From Aplysia californica (Eukaryota): a DNA stretch of 64,000 nt. The position numbers were made by a program, and so were the translations under genes. The stretch covers positions 157,355 to 221,354 of the forward strand of contig NW_004797931.1 in NCBI RefSeq assembly GCF_000002075.1, written 5' to 3'. Each line of letters starts with the position of its first letter. Position 1 is the first letter of the stretch. Below the pieces are notes generated by a model. It made no database searches, was not told where the DNA came from, and saw only the letters and a list, made by a program, of their open reading frames with translations. Shown here one piece after another: positions 27,601-38,281 of the stretch.

Positions 27601-30600
27601 CCTGTACGGTGAACCATGTTTTAGAAAATTGATGTTTTCATTATGCAACACTCATTGTCAGAATTGTGACGTGGACGTAACAAAATTGCCAATAAATAAC
27701 AAATGCAATGTATTTTTCAACTGGTAATGTCAAATGTCCTTTTATTAAGCCATTAGGAAATGGAAAATATGAGAAATTTTAAAGAATTATTATAAGAAAT
27801 GGTAATTTCAAAAACAAAATGTCAGAAATGTGACTGGACAAAATTAGAAGAAAAAAAAGTTGACAAAAAGTTTTTACACAGGATGCAGCTGTAAGCAAAT
27901 CTGACCGAAAACCTACTTAAAGGGTCCATTAGTAAAACATTAAAATGACTTGTAAAGAAAAACCCATGAAAAATCTGAATGAATCAGTCTTAATGGGGGG
28001 AAATGGTTTTTGTCCTAATTGTGACATGGACGAAGTAAAACAAATGTTTTTGTAAATAAATTAATAGTTAATGCTTTAAATCTCTCAAAACCCATGGACT
28101 TCCTTAGTTCACAGGTTGACACAATGTGAAAAGTTTTTTAAAAACCTGAAAAAATCAAATGGAAAAAGAGAGACGAAAAACGAATATTTTCGTTGCAAAT
28201 GTGACGGATAAAAAAACAAGACGATACAAAGGTCAGCTTTTCTTACACCTTATATTTATCAGTACGGTACTAGCATTGTAAGGAGCTAACACTCAATTAT
28301 AACACAATTAAAATGGGAATAAACATTAAACCTACGTCAATTTATCAAGTCGTACAGTCAAGAATTTCCATCGTAGAGTAAGGGTAATTCTTAAAATATG
28401 CCTATATGGTTCCACATGGACAAATTGTGTTAGAAAGTTCCGTATTGAGATAGGGAAAGAAATATTGAAGGGCCTGTATGAATGTTTAGGTCACTTTTGA
28501 TATGTTTTAGAATCTAGAGGTCTTTTGCTAGTGAATACCACAGTCTTTGTGACTTGTCCCACCCCTGTCTCTTGACTTCGAAGTGAGATATTGTCGTTGC
28601 TATTTTTTCTCCTGCAGAAGCAGTCGAGAAACTAAAATGGAATCAACTAAAGCATTGCCAAATACTGGCATAAATGATCTTATGGCTTTCATTCAACTGA
28701 CAAGATTTTTTAAAAATGAAATTTAAAATAAAGACAAAATATTGGGTTTAAGAAACATTCTCTGCGGGGCATCAAGGGTTGGTGCATCTACCAAAGAAAA
28801 AGTCCACTGCTGGCCAGGAAAGGTACTGTCCATTTTTTCTACAAAACTTTATCTGGGCTTCACCCTCTTCAGTTGCAAGGACCTGTGGAGGAGACAAATC
28901 AAAATTCAATGAAGTCTTTCAAAGTACAGATGAAACAAAAAAGGTAGACTAAAGAAAGTTGCACGTCCGTAGTTCCTCTTTGAAATTAAATACAATTTTA
29001 TTTGTGACCAGTAGTGACCGTTGTCTGTGATGCAATGGCTAATCTCTTCGCCTCTTACGCAGAAGAACCGAGTTTGATCCCACATGGGGACAAGCATCTA
29101 TCTTTCTACTGGGATTCGTCCCTCTCACCCCAGGTTGGCCCTGACAGGCAGGGTCGAATGCGAAGGATGTAAAACAAAAAACCAAACAAAACCAGTACTG
29201 TTGTCAAAGGCCCATGTATCTTTGTCATTGATGCAGTTGCTGTCATGGTCGGCCTACCGGTATCTCATTCTTTGCTTATAAATATCAATGCGTGTACTTA
29301 CTTCAGCCAATGGATCACTGAGACGAAACTTGAAAGATAGTGAATGGATAGAGGAAATTCCATAAACAAGCTGATCCTTCATGCATACATATGGGCCTAC
29401 ATATTTTAATTTATGAAATGATATGTTTCATACAGGAACATAGCAAGACAGCCAACCTTCTTTCTACACCTAAAGAGCCACTTAGTTTATTTTACCACTA
29501 CACAAGAAGAAAGAAAAGAAACTAAACCCACTATATCAATCATTATTTCTTTATAGTTCTAGCCCCAAATAGTTTTTCATTCTTTGGTAGCTTCTAGACA
29601 AAGTGAAAGCCTTTTTTCTCAGAAAGCTGAAAGTACATAATACCAGACAATACACCACAAAAAAAAACCCAAAATATAACAGTATTATTTAGGGCTAGTC
29701 ACTCAGAACCACACACTACATGTTTATTTTTTATCCCAAGAGATGGTGCAATAGCACAAGATGAATATGAAAACTCATTTGCCAGAATTGTGACACTGGA
29801 CAAAAAGAAATTCTATGTCCAGTCACAATTGTAACATTTGTGTTAAATGAAGCCAGAACAAAGGGAGCATTTTACTGTATGAACCTTTCATGTGTAAGTT
29901 CTTTAATAATCACTGGTGAACAATCGAAAACTTTGTAGAAAGCAAAGTATGTGAAGATGGAATGCTGTTTTCATGTTCTAATCAGAAATGTGACACTGGA
30001 CAAAGTGTTGCCTTTTTTTTCCATTGTCACATTTTTGACAAACTACTGAAAACGCTTGCAATTCAATGCAATATGTCTTAATAAAGTAGAAAAATCTGGA
30101 ATTATATCTCCAACACAGCTCCCCTTGTGAATTGAAACTGAATTATGAACAAGTGGAGATCAATAATGAAAAAAACCCACTACTTTGTGTGTGTGAAACG
30201 TGACATGGACAAAAATTAAAATTGTGTCCAGTCACAGTTGCAACAGTTATAGTTGAAAATTCAAACGTTTGGAGAGGAAGACTAATCTTTTTTTTTTCAG
30301 AATTAATTCTGCTACTTATTTACTACTATTCATGGATGAAATGACTGCAATTATGTCTTAATTTATAGATAAATGATACATTTTTTTTAAAGCCACAATC
30401 GTGACTTGGGACAAAACAATGTGGTTGTGTCTTTTATGTCCATGTCACGTTTTTAATATTTTTCACACTAAAATCTATTTTAGACTAGAATTCTAAGTCA
30501 AAAGCTAGGTTTAAGAGAAAAACAAGAATTTGTCCGTTATAGTTGAACTGTCTGCTGTTAGCTATATCGCAACTAAGTCTGGACTTGGCTGAGAAGAGAT

Positions 30601-33600
30601 ATTTTGTTTCAAACGGCCCTCAGACATAAAAATTGTTTTTGTCCACAGTGTAATGTCACGTTTGTCACATAAAGTAGCAATGACCACGAAAATCCTTTTT
30701 TTGCCAGAAAATGTTTGCAAATAGGTGCATTTTGTAGCTTTATCTTCACTGAGCATAGAACTTTTTGAATTTTTAAAATCCATCAATAAACAAAAAAGTT
30801 ACGGATTTTTTAATCAATTAATTTCTGGTACACTTTTATATAATGAAAAAAACCCAAAATATGGGACGTTCTTTGGTGAGTTTTGAGACATATTCGTCAT
30901 AACTCTCTCATTTCTCTGAGTATTTAAAAGAAACTTGGCAACCCAGTACATTTTCTAGTGCAGAATCTAGTCCTGCTTTCAGATTTTTCATAGCTATCCC
31001 ATTTTTTGAGTTATGAAGACGTTTATAGGTAAAAATGTTGGCCTTTTTCGGTGCGTTTTGAGACAATATTTGTCATAACTCGCCTATTTCTTGGAATATG
31101 TAAATGAAACTTGGCAGTCTAGTACATTTTTTAATGCAGAATTTAGTCATGCAGTCAGATTTTTAATATCTGTCATACTTTTTGAGTTGTAAAGACATTA
31201 ACAGGTAAAAAAGTGGCGTTCTTTACAGATTTACAAAGATTATCAGTCATATGTTCTCCCAAAGTCATGATATTTGAATGAAACTTAGGCAACATAAAAG
31301 GTTCTTCCTTGCCAAGCAATATTCTGGATCAATTTGTCACAAAAATGTAAGTAGAGAGCTACTAATAAATCCAGTTTTGTACTAGTAAAAGCATGCATAC
31401 TTTGTTATAGAAAATAAGATCGTCTCTGTGTATATCCATTGTTGGACAGTGTCCTATTGTGTGGTAGATTAAGATGCGTTCAGATAAAATAGTTTACAAG
31501 TCATGGGAATATTTCGCATGTGTAGGCTACAACTCATACAATAAATGTAACATATTTACACCCCCCCCCCCCCTTCTCTCTCTCTCTCTCTCTCTCACGC
31601 GCGCGCACTCACGCACGCACGCACGCGTGAACGATAACAATGTATAAACGGGACTATCTTCCCAGACTGGACTAAATAAGTACCATACTCTTTAATAACA
31701 ATCTTAATGCCTCACTTTTCCCAAACAGAGCACACAGGACGAGTCCAAGTGTGTGCTTTCCCAAGAGGGGGGAATAGGCTTTCATAACGCAAACACAATG
31801 CCATACCACTTCTCAAGATGTTTCCTTTTCTGTTTCTATTCTTCTGTCATGCAATCAAGCAAATAAAAATGACTACATCTATTGTATTGTGACTAAAATG
31901 CAACAAAAACGCAAGTTATCAAGGCCCCCGTTTAGTTTTCAAGTATCCTTCCCCCCCTTTCCATTTCACATAAGCGGGGCCTCGTTTGTAGCGCCCGAGG
32001 CGACCGATGGCTGATGACGTCACTCAGTGGAAATTTCCACGCCGCCGGCCGTTCACCCAGCATGCGCAAATGGCAATGTCGCTTTTTTCCTTAGTTACTC
32101 CCACATTTTTAAAGATTACGCCAAAACCGCTAAACACAGAAGCATGAAATTTTAAGGGAATAAAGAAAAATGGTGTACAACGTATCAGTCAGTTTGACAA
32201 ATCACAGCTCCGAAAAACCTTCAAAGCGCACCACATCAACCACTTTCGCAAACGTTTTCGACTGCTTCTAGGATGGGTACAATGTTGTCAAACTGCATAC
32301 TACGAGATTGACCTCTTTTCTGATTGGTTGCCAAGTTTCATTCATATCCATTCACGAGAAGCGGCGTGAGAGCGAGTTGAAGACAACAACCTTTGCGTTA
32401 GTGCGTCCCATGAAACACCCCCGCTGCGGGGGCCAAAAATCGGCAGAACAAAATGCGCTCGGTGGGCATTGCTACATAAAGCCACATCCAACATATTCTT
32501 AACCTGAGAATGTCTTGATAAACTCTGGGTGTAGCACTGTAGACCTATTTTGAATATTGTCAAAACGGAATAATCACGAACGATTGTTGTAGACTCTATG
32601 TTCAATAAGATTTGTGGCAAACCGCAGCAAATGTGACTCTGGACATAAATAGTGTTTATGTCCAGTTTGGGGGGAACTGCTAGAAAGTAGCCACTACCTT
32701 TAAAAATTCTCACACGGAACTCGTAGTATTAAACAATTCAAATCACCAATAGAAAAAAAATCACAAAAAAGCTATAGTAAACTTCGTAGTAAGTATAATT
32801 TTGCTGATAATATAATCATTTTTAGTCAGAATCGGGACATTTCATCCAACTTGTCAGAAACGTGACAATGACAAAAAGTCTGGACAAAAACAGAAACCAA
32901 CCTGCCATGGGGCTCTCCATTGTAAAATGGCTGCGCCGAAAGCAAAAATTGCTGGATGAAGGGAAGTGCTCTGCCGTCTGTGACATAAAACGCATACAAA
33001 AGTCAACTCGTCATGAAAACAGATAGCGTCCTAAACGTGACATCGGGAGGAAAAACGAAGTGGTTCATTCCCCGGTCAAGAAGAACACGCGCATACGCGT
33101 TTCGTGGCGTTGGTTCTGACCTCATATTAGAAAGCGTTGCACATCCTTTTGAGGAAATAAACTGTTTTGTACACATGATTTGAATCTTGAATGTAATTGA
33201 GTCTTGTATTTCACGTTGATTTGGGACATAAGAGGTCACGTTTCTGACACATTTTTCTAATGCTTATTTTGCTTCAAAAGACCTTTTTTTTTTTATTGCG
33301 TATATTGTATCTTGAAAAAGATTCATTTGTCTAAATGGCAAATATTTCATCAAGCAAATGAAAGCAAGGAGAAAGGAACAGGCCAACTAATTTCTAACCC
33401 ACCTTATGCATGTCACATTTTTTCCTTCAATTTTTTCCCTTTTACGTGAGTTAAAAGGCTGGTATCTAATTAATCCCATGTTGTGCTTAAATTCCAGATA
33501 GGACCAGGTTCTTGAACCATCTATCTGGCTTCTGGAGATAGTTTCCACATCAAATCTTTATTTCCACTTATTTTATGGGCTAATTTCAAAAGCATATAAA

Positions 33601-35363
33601 AACGTACACGTTAGGGTGGAATGACCCATATCTAAATCCAAACTGAAAAAGTTCTAAACATTGAAGATGCCAGTTTGAAAATCATCGACTTACTTAAATC
33701 CCTTGTAAAACTGATATAATCGGACTTACAAGAAAACAAGTTATACCGGCCTACAGGTCAAACATAGCACGTTACAATGAAATCTCAATCGGCCTTGTAG
33801 CATTTATAGTTTCAGAGTTAGGAGGCTTTCAATTTGCACTAAAACGCCATATTTACTACTGCCCCGGCACAGGAGGAGTGGCGCTGCGGTCACCCCAATT
33901 AACCCCTCTGACAAGTGATTTATGACTACGCGCTGGGCTGTCGGGCGGGGCGGGCAAGGTGGTGAGGATGGTCGGGGAGGAACCGGGGAAGGAAAACTAA
34001 GTGAGCGGTCTGGACGGTATTTTATCCGCTGTGAGAAAGGCATGGGCAGCCAAGGAAACCGCTACGGACAAGGTTTGTGAAAACATCTGAGAAGTTCAAC
34101 GAGCACTCAAAAAACCTGCCCAAGATGTCCATTGGGGACAGATGTTTTGTCCAGAACCAGACTGGCAGTAGCCCTAAAAGGTGGGACCGAGCAGGATTGG
34201 TTGTCGAAACCGGCCCCAATGACCAATACATGGTCAAGATTGATGGCTCAGGGCGGCTGACGTCAACAAACCGGCGCTTCCTTCGCCAGTTCCAACCTGC
34301 CACTTCGACCATACAACCGGCACCGGCACGTAACAGCCCAAATGACTTTGAGGTTACTCTGCCTTTGGAGGAGGAGTTCCATACGGGACAAGAGTATGCG
34401 ACTGAGCCAGTCAATGAGGAGCAAAGGATTGCCCCAAGCCCTTCCCCTCAGCCCCAACCCCCAGAGGCACCTCAGGAGGCAAAGAAAAGTCTTTCCGCAG
34501 CCCTGAAACGCCTTCTCCCACACAATAAAGAGGGGTTACAGGAAGCGGTCAAACCTCAGGAGCAGGGGGGGGGAGAAAACCAAGGGGGGTTAGGAAAGAT
34601 CTGAACATGCCATGAACTTGGGGGGGGGGATGTATGGTTATTTGTTATATGATATTAGTTCATGTTCTCTGTACGTTATGTGGTGTACCCCATATTATTT
34701 CATGTTATGTTGTACCTGTATCATTCATTGTCCCTGTTAATCCGTGTTCACAGATGAAATGATCATCTACCGTTTATAATAAATGAACTACACTGAGAAG
34801 TATTTCTTCACTAATTAATTAAAAGCAATCTTGATCGAGACTGAAGTATACCTTTTTCGCTCAAAGAACTGGTGACTTTTCCCAGCCTTCAAATATCCTA
34901 CAAAGACGAATTTTTCCTGAAATTAAATCAATCGTACAACAAAAAAAACCCTCAGATCCCATCACTTTTCTAAAATTCAGTGGTAATTGTATTTCATTGT
35001 ACAACGTTCTATGTAAAGCAGTTTCATAAAACCTGGATTCTCTTGAATCTAATCGATAATTTAATATATATTGCAATTAAAATGCACTTTGCACCTGACA
35101 GATGTTTTTTATCTACAAAAGCAATGATTAAAAATTCCAACATACGATCCATCCAGAGCCCTCACTGCATCTTCTGCATCTCTGCTGTCTTCAAACTCGA
35201 CAAACGCAAAGCCTGGAGGCTTACGGGCTACCCATACATTGCGCAGCTGGCCATATTTGGAGAACTTTTCTTCAAGTTCTTGCTTTGCGCAGCCATAGCC
35301 CAGATCGCCTACATACACCTTGCAGTCCAAGTTCCAGTCCCGCATGGGAGCGTTACGAGACAT
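15628..35363 (-). CDS. SRSF3: SR-family splicing factor, SRSF3/SRp20-Rbp1-like, 142 aa; join(complement 35146..35363, 22197..22328, 17633..17704, 15628..15634)
   Basis: Spliced translation [22 protein letters not shown]...[33 protein letters not shown]|[17 protein letters not shown]...RRSR|[24 protein letters not shown]|S*. It has the typical SRSF3/7-Rbp1 RRM and an RS tail with no CCHC knuckle. All introns are GT-AG and phase-compatible (218+132+72+7=429 nt). Confidence 0.92.
16828..17198. mobile_element. Tc1/pogo (Tigger-like) MITE
   Basis: TA|CAGTGGAAACC...ATAACAGG and CCTGTTAT...GGTTTCCATTG|TA. Confidence 0.75.
17633..17704 (-). CDS. SRSF3: SRSF3-like coding exon 3 (RS domain)
   Basis: CTTTTCTTCTGTACAG|G acceptor, encodes [23 protein letters not shown], donor AG|GTGAGT; 72 nt. 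Confidence 0.9.
21052..21600 (-). other. Alternative premature-stop (poison) exon of the SRSF3-like gene; tandem acceptors at 21600 and 21576
   Basis: Acceptors TCGCAG|GGTC and GTGCAG|GGTT, in-frame R(VSVIILCR)[20 protein letters not shown] with TAA at 21513-15, C/A-rich body, candidate donor GG|GTGAGT at 21050-51. Same relative position as the vertebrate SRSF3 poison exon. Confidence 0.75.
22197..22328 (-). CDS. SRSF3: SRSF3-like coding exon 2 (end of RRM, start of RS region)
   Basis: Acceptor TTTCAG|C at 22329-30, encodes [19 protein letters not shown]...SGRRSR, donor AG|GTTTGT; 132 nt, phase 2/2. Confidence 0.93.
22610..23170 (-). repeat. Dispersed retroposed repeat (copies at 7085-7850 and 57065-57360) with a second family inserted at 22675-22842 (copies at 11610-11780, 11975-12138)
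   Basis: Multi-copy similarity within the window and a shared 3' tail ...CATATGACCTTATGCAGTTGCGAGTGCCGTAAAAC. Confidence 0.7.
23209..23388 (+). repeat. 5' LTR
   Basis: Direct repeat of 34631-34810, 177/180 identical. Confidence 0.95.
23476..25638 (+). pseudogene. Gypsy gag-pol remnant (Cys/His motif, protease, partial RT, integrase core), frameshifted; the integrase C-terminus resumes at 34034-34604
   Basis: ORFs 23476-24156, 24337-24825, 24716-25366 and 34077-34604. Removing the insert and one TSD restores ...[11 protein letters not shown]... Confidence 0.88.
26398..27240 (-). pseudogene. Decayed Chapaev-type transposase C-terminal half
   Basis: Motifs [28 protein letters not shown] and [37 protein letters not shown] (RAG1/Transib-like HxxxxH...EQGxE segment), with stops and frameshifts. 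Confidence 0.78.
27474..33627 (-). mobile_element. Sola-like DNA transposon nested in the Chapaev element
   Basis: TIR GGGTCATTCCACCCT(T/A)A(T/C)GTGTAC at both ends, 4-bp TSD ATAT, many dispersed TGTGAC(A/T)TGGAC-type subterminal motifs, and a transposase C-terminal-like remnant ([17 protein letters not shown]) at ~28760-28885. Confidence 0.75.
30675..32474. mobile_element. 1.8-kb non-autonomous TIR element with 7-bp TSD (hAT-like TAG termini), nested in the Sola-like element
   Basis: TAGCAATGACCAC...GTGGGCATTGCTA termini; TSD CATAAAG at 30668-74 and 32475-81. Confidence 0.8.
34631..34810 (+). repeat. 3' LTR
   Basis: Direct repeat of 23209-23388, preceded by a polypurine tract. Confidence 0.95.
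35146..35363 (-). CDS. SRSF3: SRSF3-like coding exon 1 (RRM; exon spans 35146-35375, ATG at 35363)
   Basis: Acceptor TTTCAG|CGCC at 35376-77, RNP motifs KVYVGDL and PPGFAFVEF, donor TC|GTATGT at 35144-45. Confidence 0.95.
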
Positions 35364-35795
35364 CTTTAGATGGCGCTGAAAAGAAAAATACATATTAGAA
35401 AAATGATCCATGAGCTCTGCTCTTATCTAATAACAGAACTTCCATGTGATTATTTATAGGTCTTACACCCCCCCAGGAAACCAGGAGTCAAATATTACCT
35501 TATAACCTGGGTTCTCCAACTCTGAATAATTAAACAGGAAGTGGAATAATGGATTGTTCTTGATTATTGAGTTTCACTTGACAAATATTAAGCAAAATGA
35601 GCGTACATTGTTTTTTAACTGGAATGACCACGAAAAACCTTTTTTTTGCCAGAAATGTTTGCAAATAGGTGCATTGTGTAGCTGTATCTTCACAGAGCAT
35701 GGAACTTTCTGAATTTTTGAAATCCATCAATAAACAGAAAAGTTACAAATTTTTTAATCAATTAATTTTTGGTACACTTATATTTACAATGAAAA

Positions 35796-36205
35796 GGTAA
35801 TTTTTTACTTTCCCTCCCGTCTCACACTCAGCTACCAGTTGTCTATTTTCTACTAAATTAAATATTGATGCGCTGAACATGAATATCAACTTCATTTCCG
35901 TCGCAAATTAATAGTTTTTGAAATATTTGATTGTTTTTAACCGAGATAGACATGCTTTGGACCAATCGGAGGGTTCCAGGGGGGCCTGCCCCACTGGGGT
36001 AAAAGAAAATCTGGGGGCTTACAGGGGGGATGCCCTGTTTTTAAACCCATAATTTGATATTTTACAGTTAGATTTGAAATTTGTCTTGAAAATAATTGAT
36101 TTGCAACAGTTTTAGTGGCTTTATGTGTGATCTGCAGCAAACAGTACAGCAGTTTGACCCCTGAAACAGTGCATCTGTGTGCGGGGGTGAAAGTAAAAAT
36201 TTACC
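35796..36205. mobile_element. Merlin/MULE-type MITE
   Basis: GGTAATTTTTTACTTTC TIRs; 9-bp TSD (C/T)AATGAAAA; the empty site is visible in the paralogous copy at 30841. Confidence 0.8.
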
Positions 36206-36484
36206 TAATGAAAAAACCCCAAAATATGGGACATTCTTTGGTGAGTTTTGAGACAATATTAGTCATAATTCACTCATTTCTCGGAGTATTTAAAAGACAC
36301 TTGGCAACCCAGTACATTTTCTAGTGCAGAATCTAGTCCTGCTTTCAGATTTTTCATAGCTATCCTACTATTGCTACATACAACAGGCTAAATGTAACAT
36401 ATTTACACCCCCCCCCCCTCTCTCTCTCTCTCATGCACACACACACAACATTAAAGGTTCGGTAAAATTGAAGAATACCGGATG

Positions 36485-37887
36485 GAAGTGGCTATTCTCA
36501 TCCGGGGTGAGAATAGAAAAACGATCTACCTCTCACCCCGGGTGAGACTTGCCAGTGTAGGCTATTCTCACCCGGTGCTAAACAAGACCTGTTTTTCCTC
36601 ATTTTGGAATACTGTCTATCGGTGTGGATGATCAAATTGATAAAAGCCAAGAAAAAATTACGTTATAGCACAAAAGTAAGCTAATTTGATCGTCTCCAAA
36701 GATGCTATGGCTATTTCATTGTTCGAATCGAGCCGAGCTACGCGGGTCGCCATTTTGTTTTGCCCGGAAGTTCTCGCAAGAACTACTCCTCCCCTCTCTC
36801 TCTCTCTGTCTCTTTCTGAATACTGTCTATCGGTGTGGACGATCAAATTGACCAAAACAAAGTTTAAAAATGATGTTAAAACACAAAAGTAAATTAATTT
36901 GGTTGTCTACAAAGATGCTACGGCTATTTAACTTTTCGAATCGAGCCGAACTACACGGGTCGCCATTTTGTTTTGACCGCAAGTTCTCGCGCTACTCCTC
37001 TCTCTCTCCACTGCCCACAGACAAAATTGTACGTTTTTAGACTTTTAGTAGGCTACAGTTGTAATGGAACGTTTGTTCACTGCACAGAATTCTACAATTT
37101 TTCTGTTATCACAGTGTAGAATTCTGTGGTTTAGGGTGAACGCAAAATTTGTTGGCCTAGATCTAGGCTAAACATTTTCCGTTTTTAATATCTCTCAATG
37201 GAGAATCTCGGACCGGTAGATCTATTCATAAACATTTTGTCAGGGGGGAGACCCCCCTGAACCCCCTCCTCCACCCAGCCCACCTACCAACCTACCCCAC
37301 TTTCTCGCGCAATAATGTACGAGTGGTCCGGAATTCTTCAATCTTCCCAAAGGTTCCTCCTTGTCAAGCCTAATTCAAATGGCCACCTCTATTCTCACCC
37401 GGGGTGAGAATAGTGCAGGCGAGTCTTTTGGCTATTCTCACCCGGTGCGCGTTCACCGTTATAGCCTAGATCTAGGCCAACAAATTTTGCGTTCACCCTA
37501 AACCACAGAATTCTACACTGTGATAACAGAAAAATTGTAGAATTCTGTGTTGTGAACAAATGTTCCATTACAACTGTACTTGTAGCCTACTAAAAGCGTA
37601 CAATTTTGTCTGTGGGCAGTGGAGAGAGAGTGAGAGAGAAAGAGAGAGAACAAAACAAAATGGCGACCCGCGTAGTTCGGCTCGATTCGAAAAGTTAAAT
37701 AGCCGTAGCATCTTTGTACACAACCAAATTAATTTACTTTTGTGTTTTAACATCATTTTTTAACTTTGTTTTGGTCAATTTGATCGTCCACACCGATAGA
37801 CAGTATTCAGAAAGAGACAGAGAGAGAGAGAAGAGGGGAGGAGTATATCTTGCGAGAACTTCCGGGCGGGTGAGAATAGCCACTTTC
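36485..37887. mobile_element. Foldback-type element with ~410-bp inverted arms (36762-37170 / 37462-37867)
   Basis: Terminal AAGTGGCTATTCTCA inverted repeat, repeated CTATTCTCACCCGG motif, long near-identical inverted arms. Confidence 0.75.
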
Positions 37888-38281
37888 AATTCAAATAGTA
37901 TTTGGTCTTCAAGACTTCTGGACTTCTCTGGATGTAAACAAACGAAGTGGCTAGCCGTACTTAAGTACGGCTAGACTGAGAGTCTAGCCGTACTTAAGTA
38001 CGGCTAGACTGCCAGTCTAGCCGTACTTAGATCTAGGTTTGGCCCAATCGACTCAAGCCTGTTAAGTACACAGGTCTCATTAGATCTAGATCTAGTAATT
38101 ATTCAGGTTCAAATACATGCAAGTCAGTAAGGCACCTTTTGGTTTTGTCTGAAATACAAATACTTTAGGCATTGCAAACTAAAAATTTCATTTACAATTC
38201 AGCCATCAATATTAAGTACGGCTAGCCTGACAGTCTAGCCGTCCTTAAGTACGGCTAGCCTGGATGTCTACCCGTACTTAA

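Larger units (their letters stand above)
25639..34033 (-). mobile_element. Chapaev-superfamily DNA transposon (non-autonomous, ~2.2 kb plus a 6.2-kb nested insert)
   Basis: CACAGCGG...CCGCTGTG termini, perfect 4-bp TSD AGAA (25635-38, 34034-37), transposase remnants on the minus strand. Confidence 0.85.
23209..34810 (+). mobile_element. Gypsy/Ty3 LTR retrotransposon, internally deleted and split by nested insertions, antisense in SRSF3 intron 2
   Basis: 180-bp TG...CA LTRs at 23209-23388 and 34631-34810 (3 mismatches), G-run PPT before the 3' LTR, near-TSD CTTAT/CTAAT. Internal PR (VDSGA), RT (RRTVDL, DAWNGYH) and integrase ([17 protein letters not shown]) occur in PR-RT-IN order. Confidence 0.93.

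Noticed and set aside
32011-32034. CTGATGA...GAAA hammerhead-like core
   Set aside because: Stem II does not pair and no stem I/III was found.
25639-34033. Interpretation as a Transib/ProtoRAG (RAG1-RAG2) transposon
   Set aside because: The TSD is 4 bp, not 5 bp; there is no RAG2-like ORF; the motifs fit Chapaev better.
35364-35411. Upstream ATG extension ([12 protein letters not shown]) in the ORF track
   Set aside because: It runs through the polypyrimidine tract and acceptor of intron 1; the true start is probably 35363.
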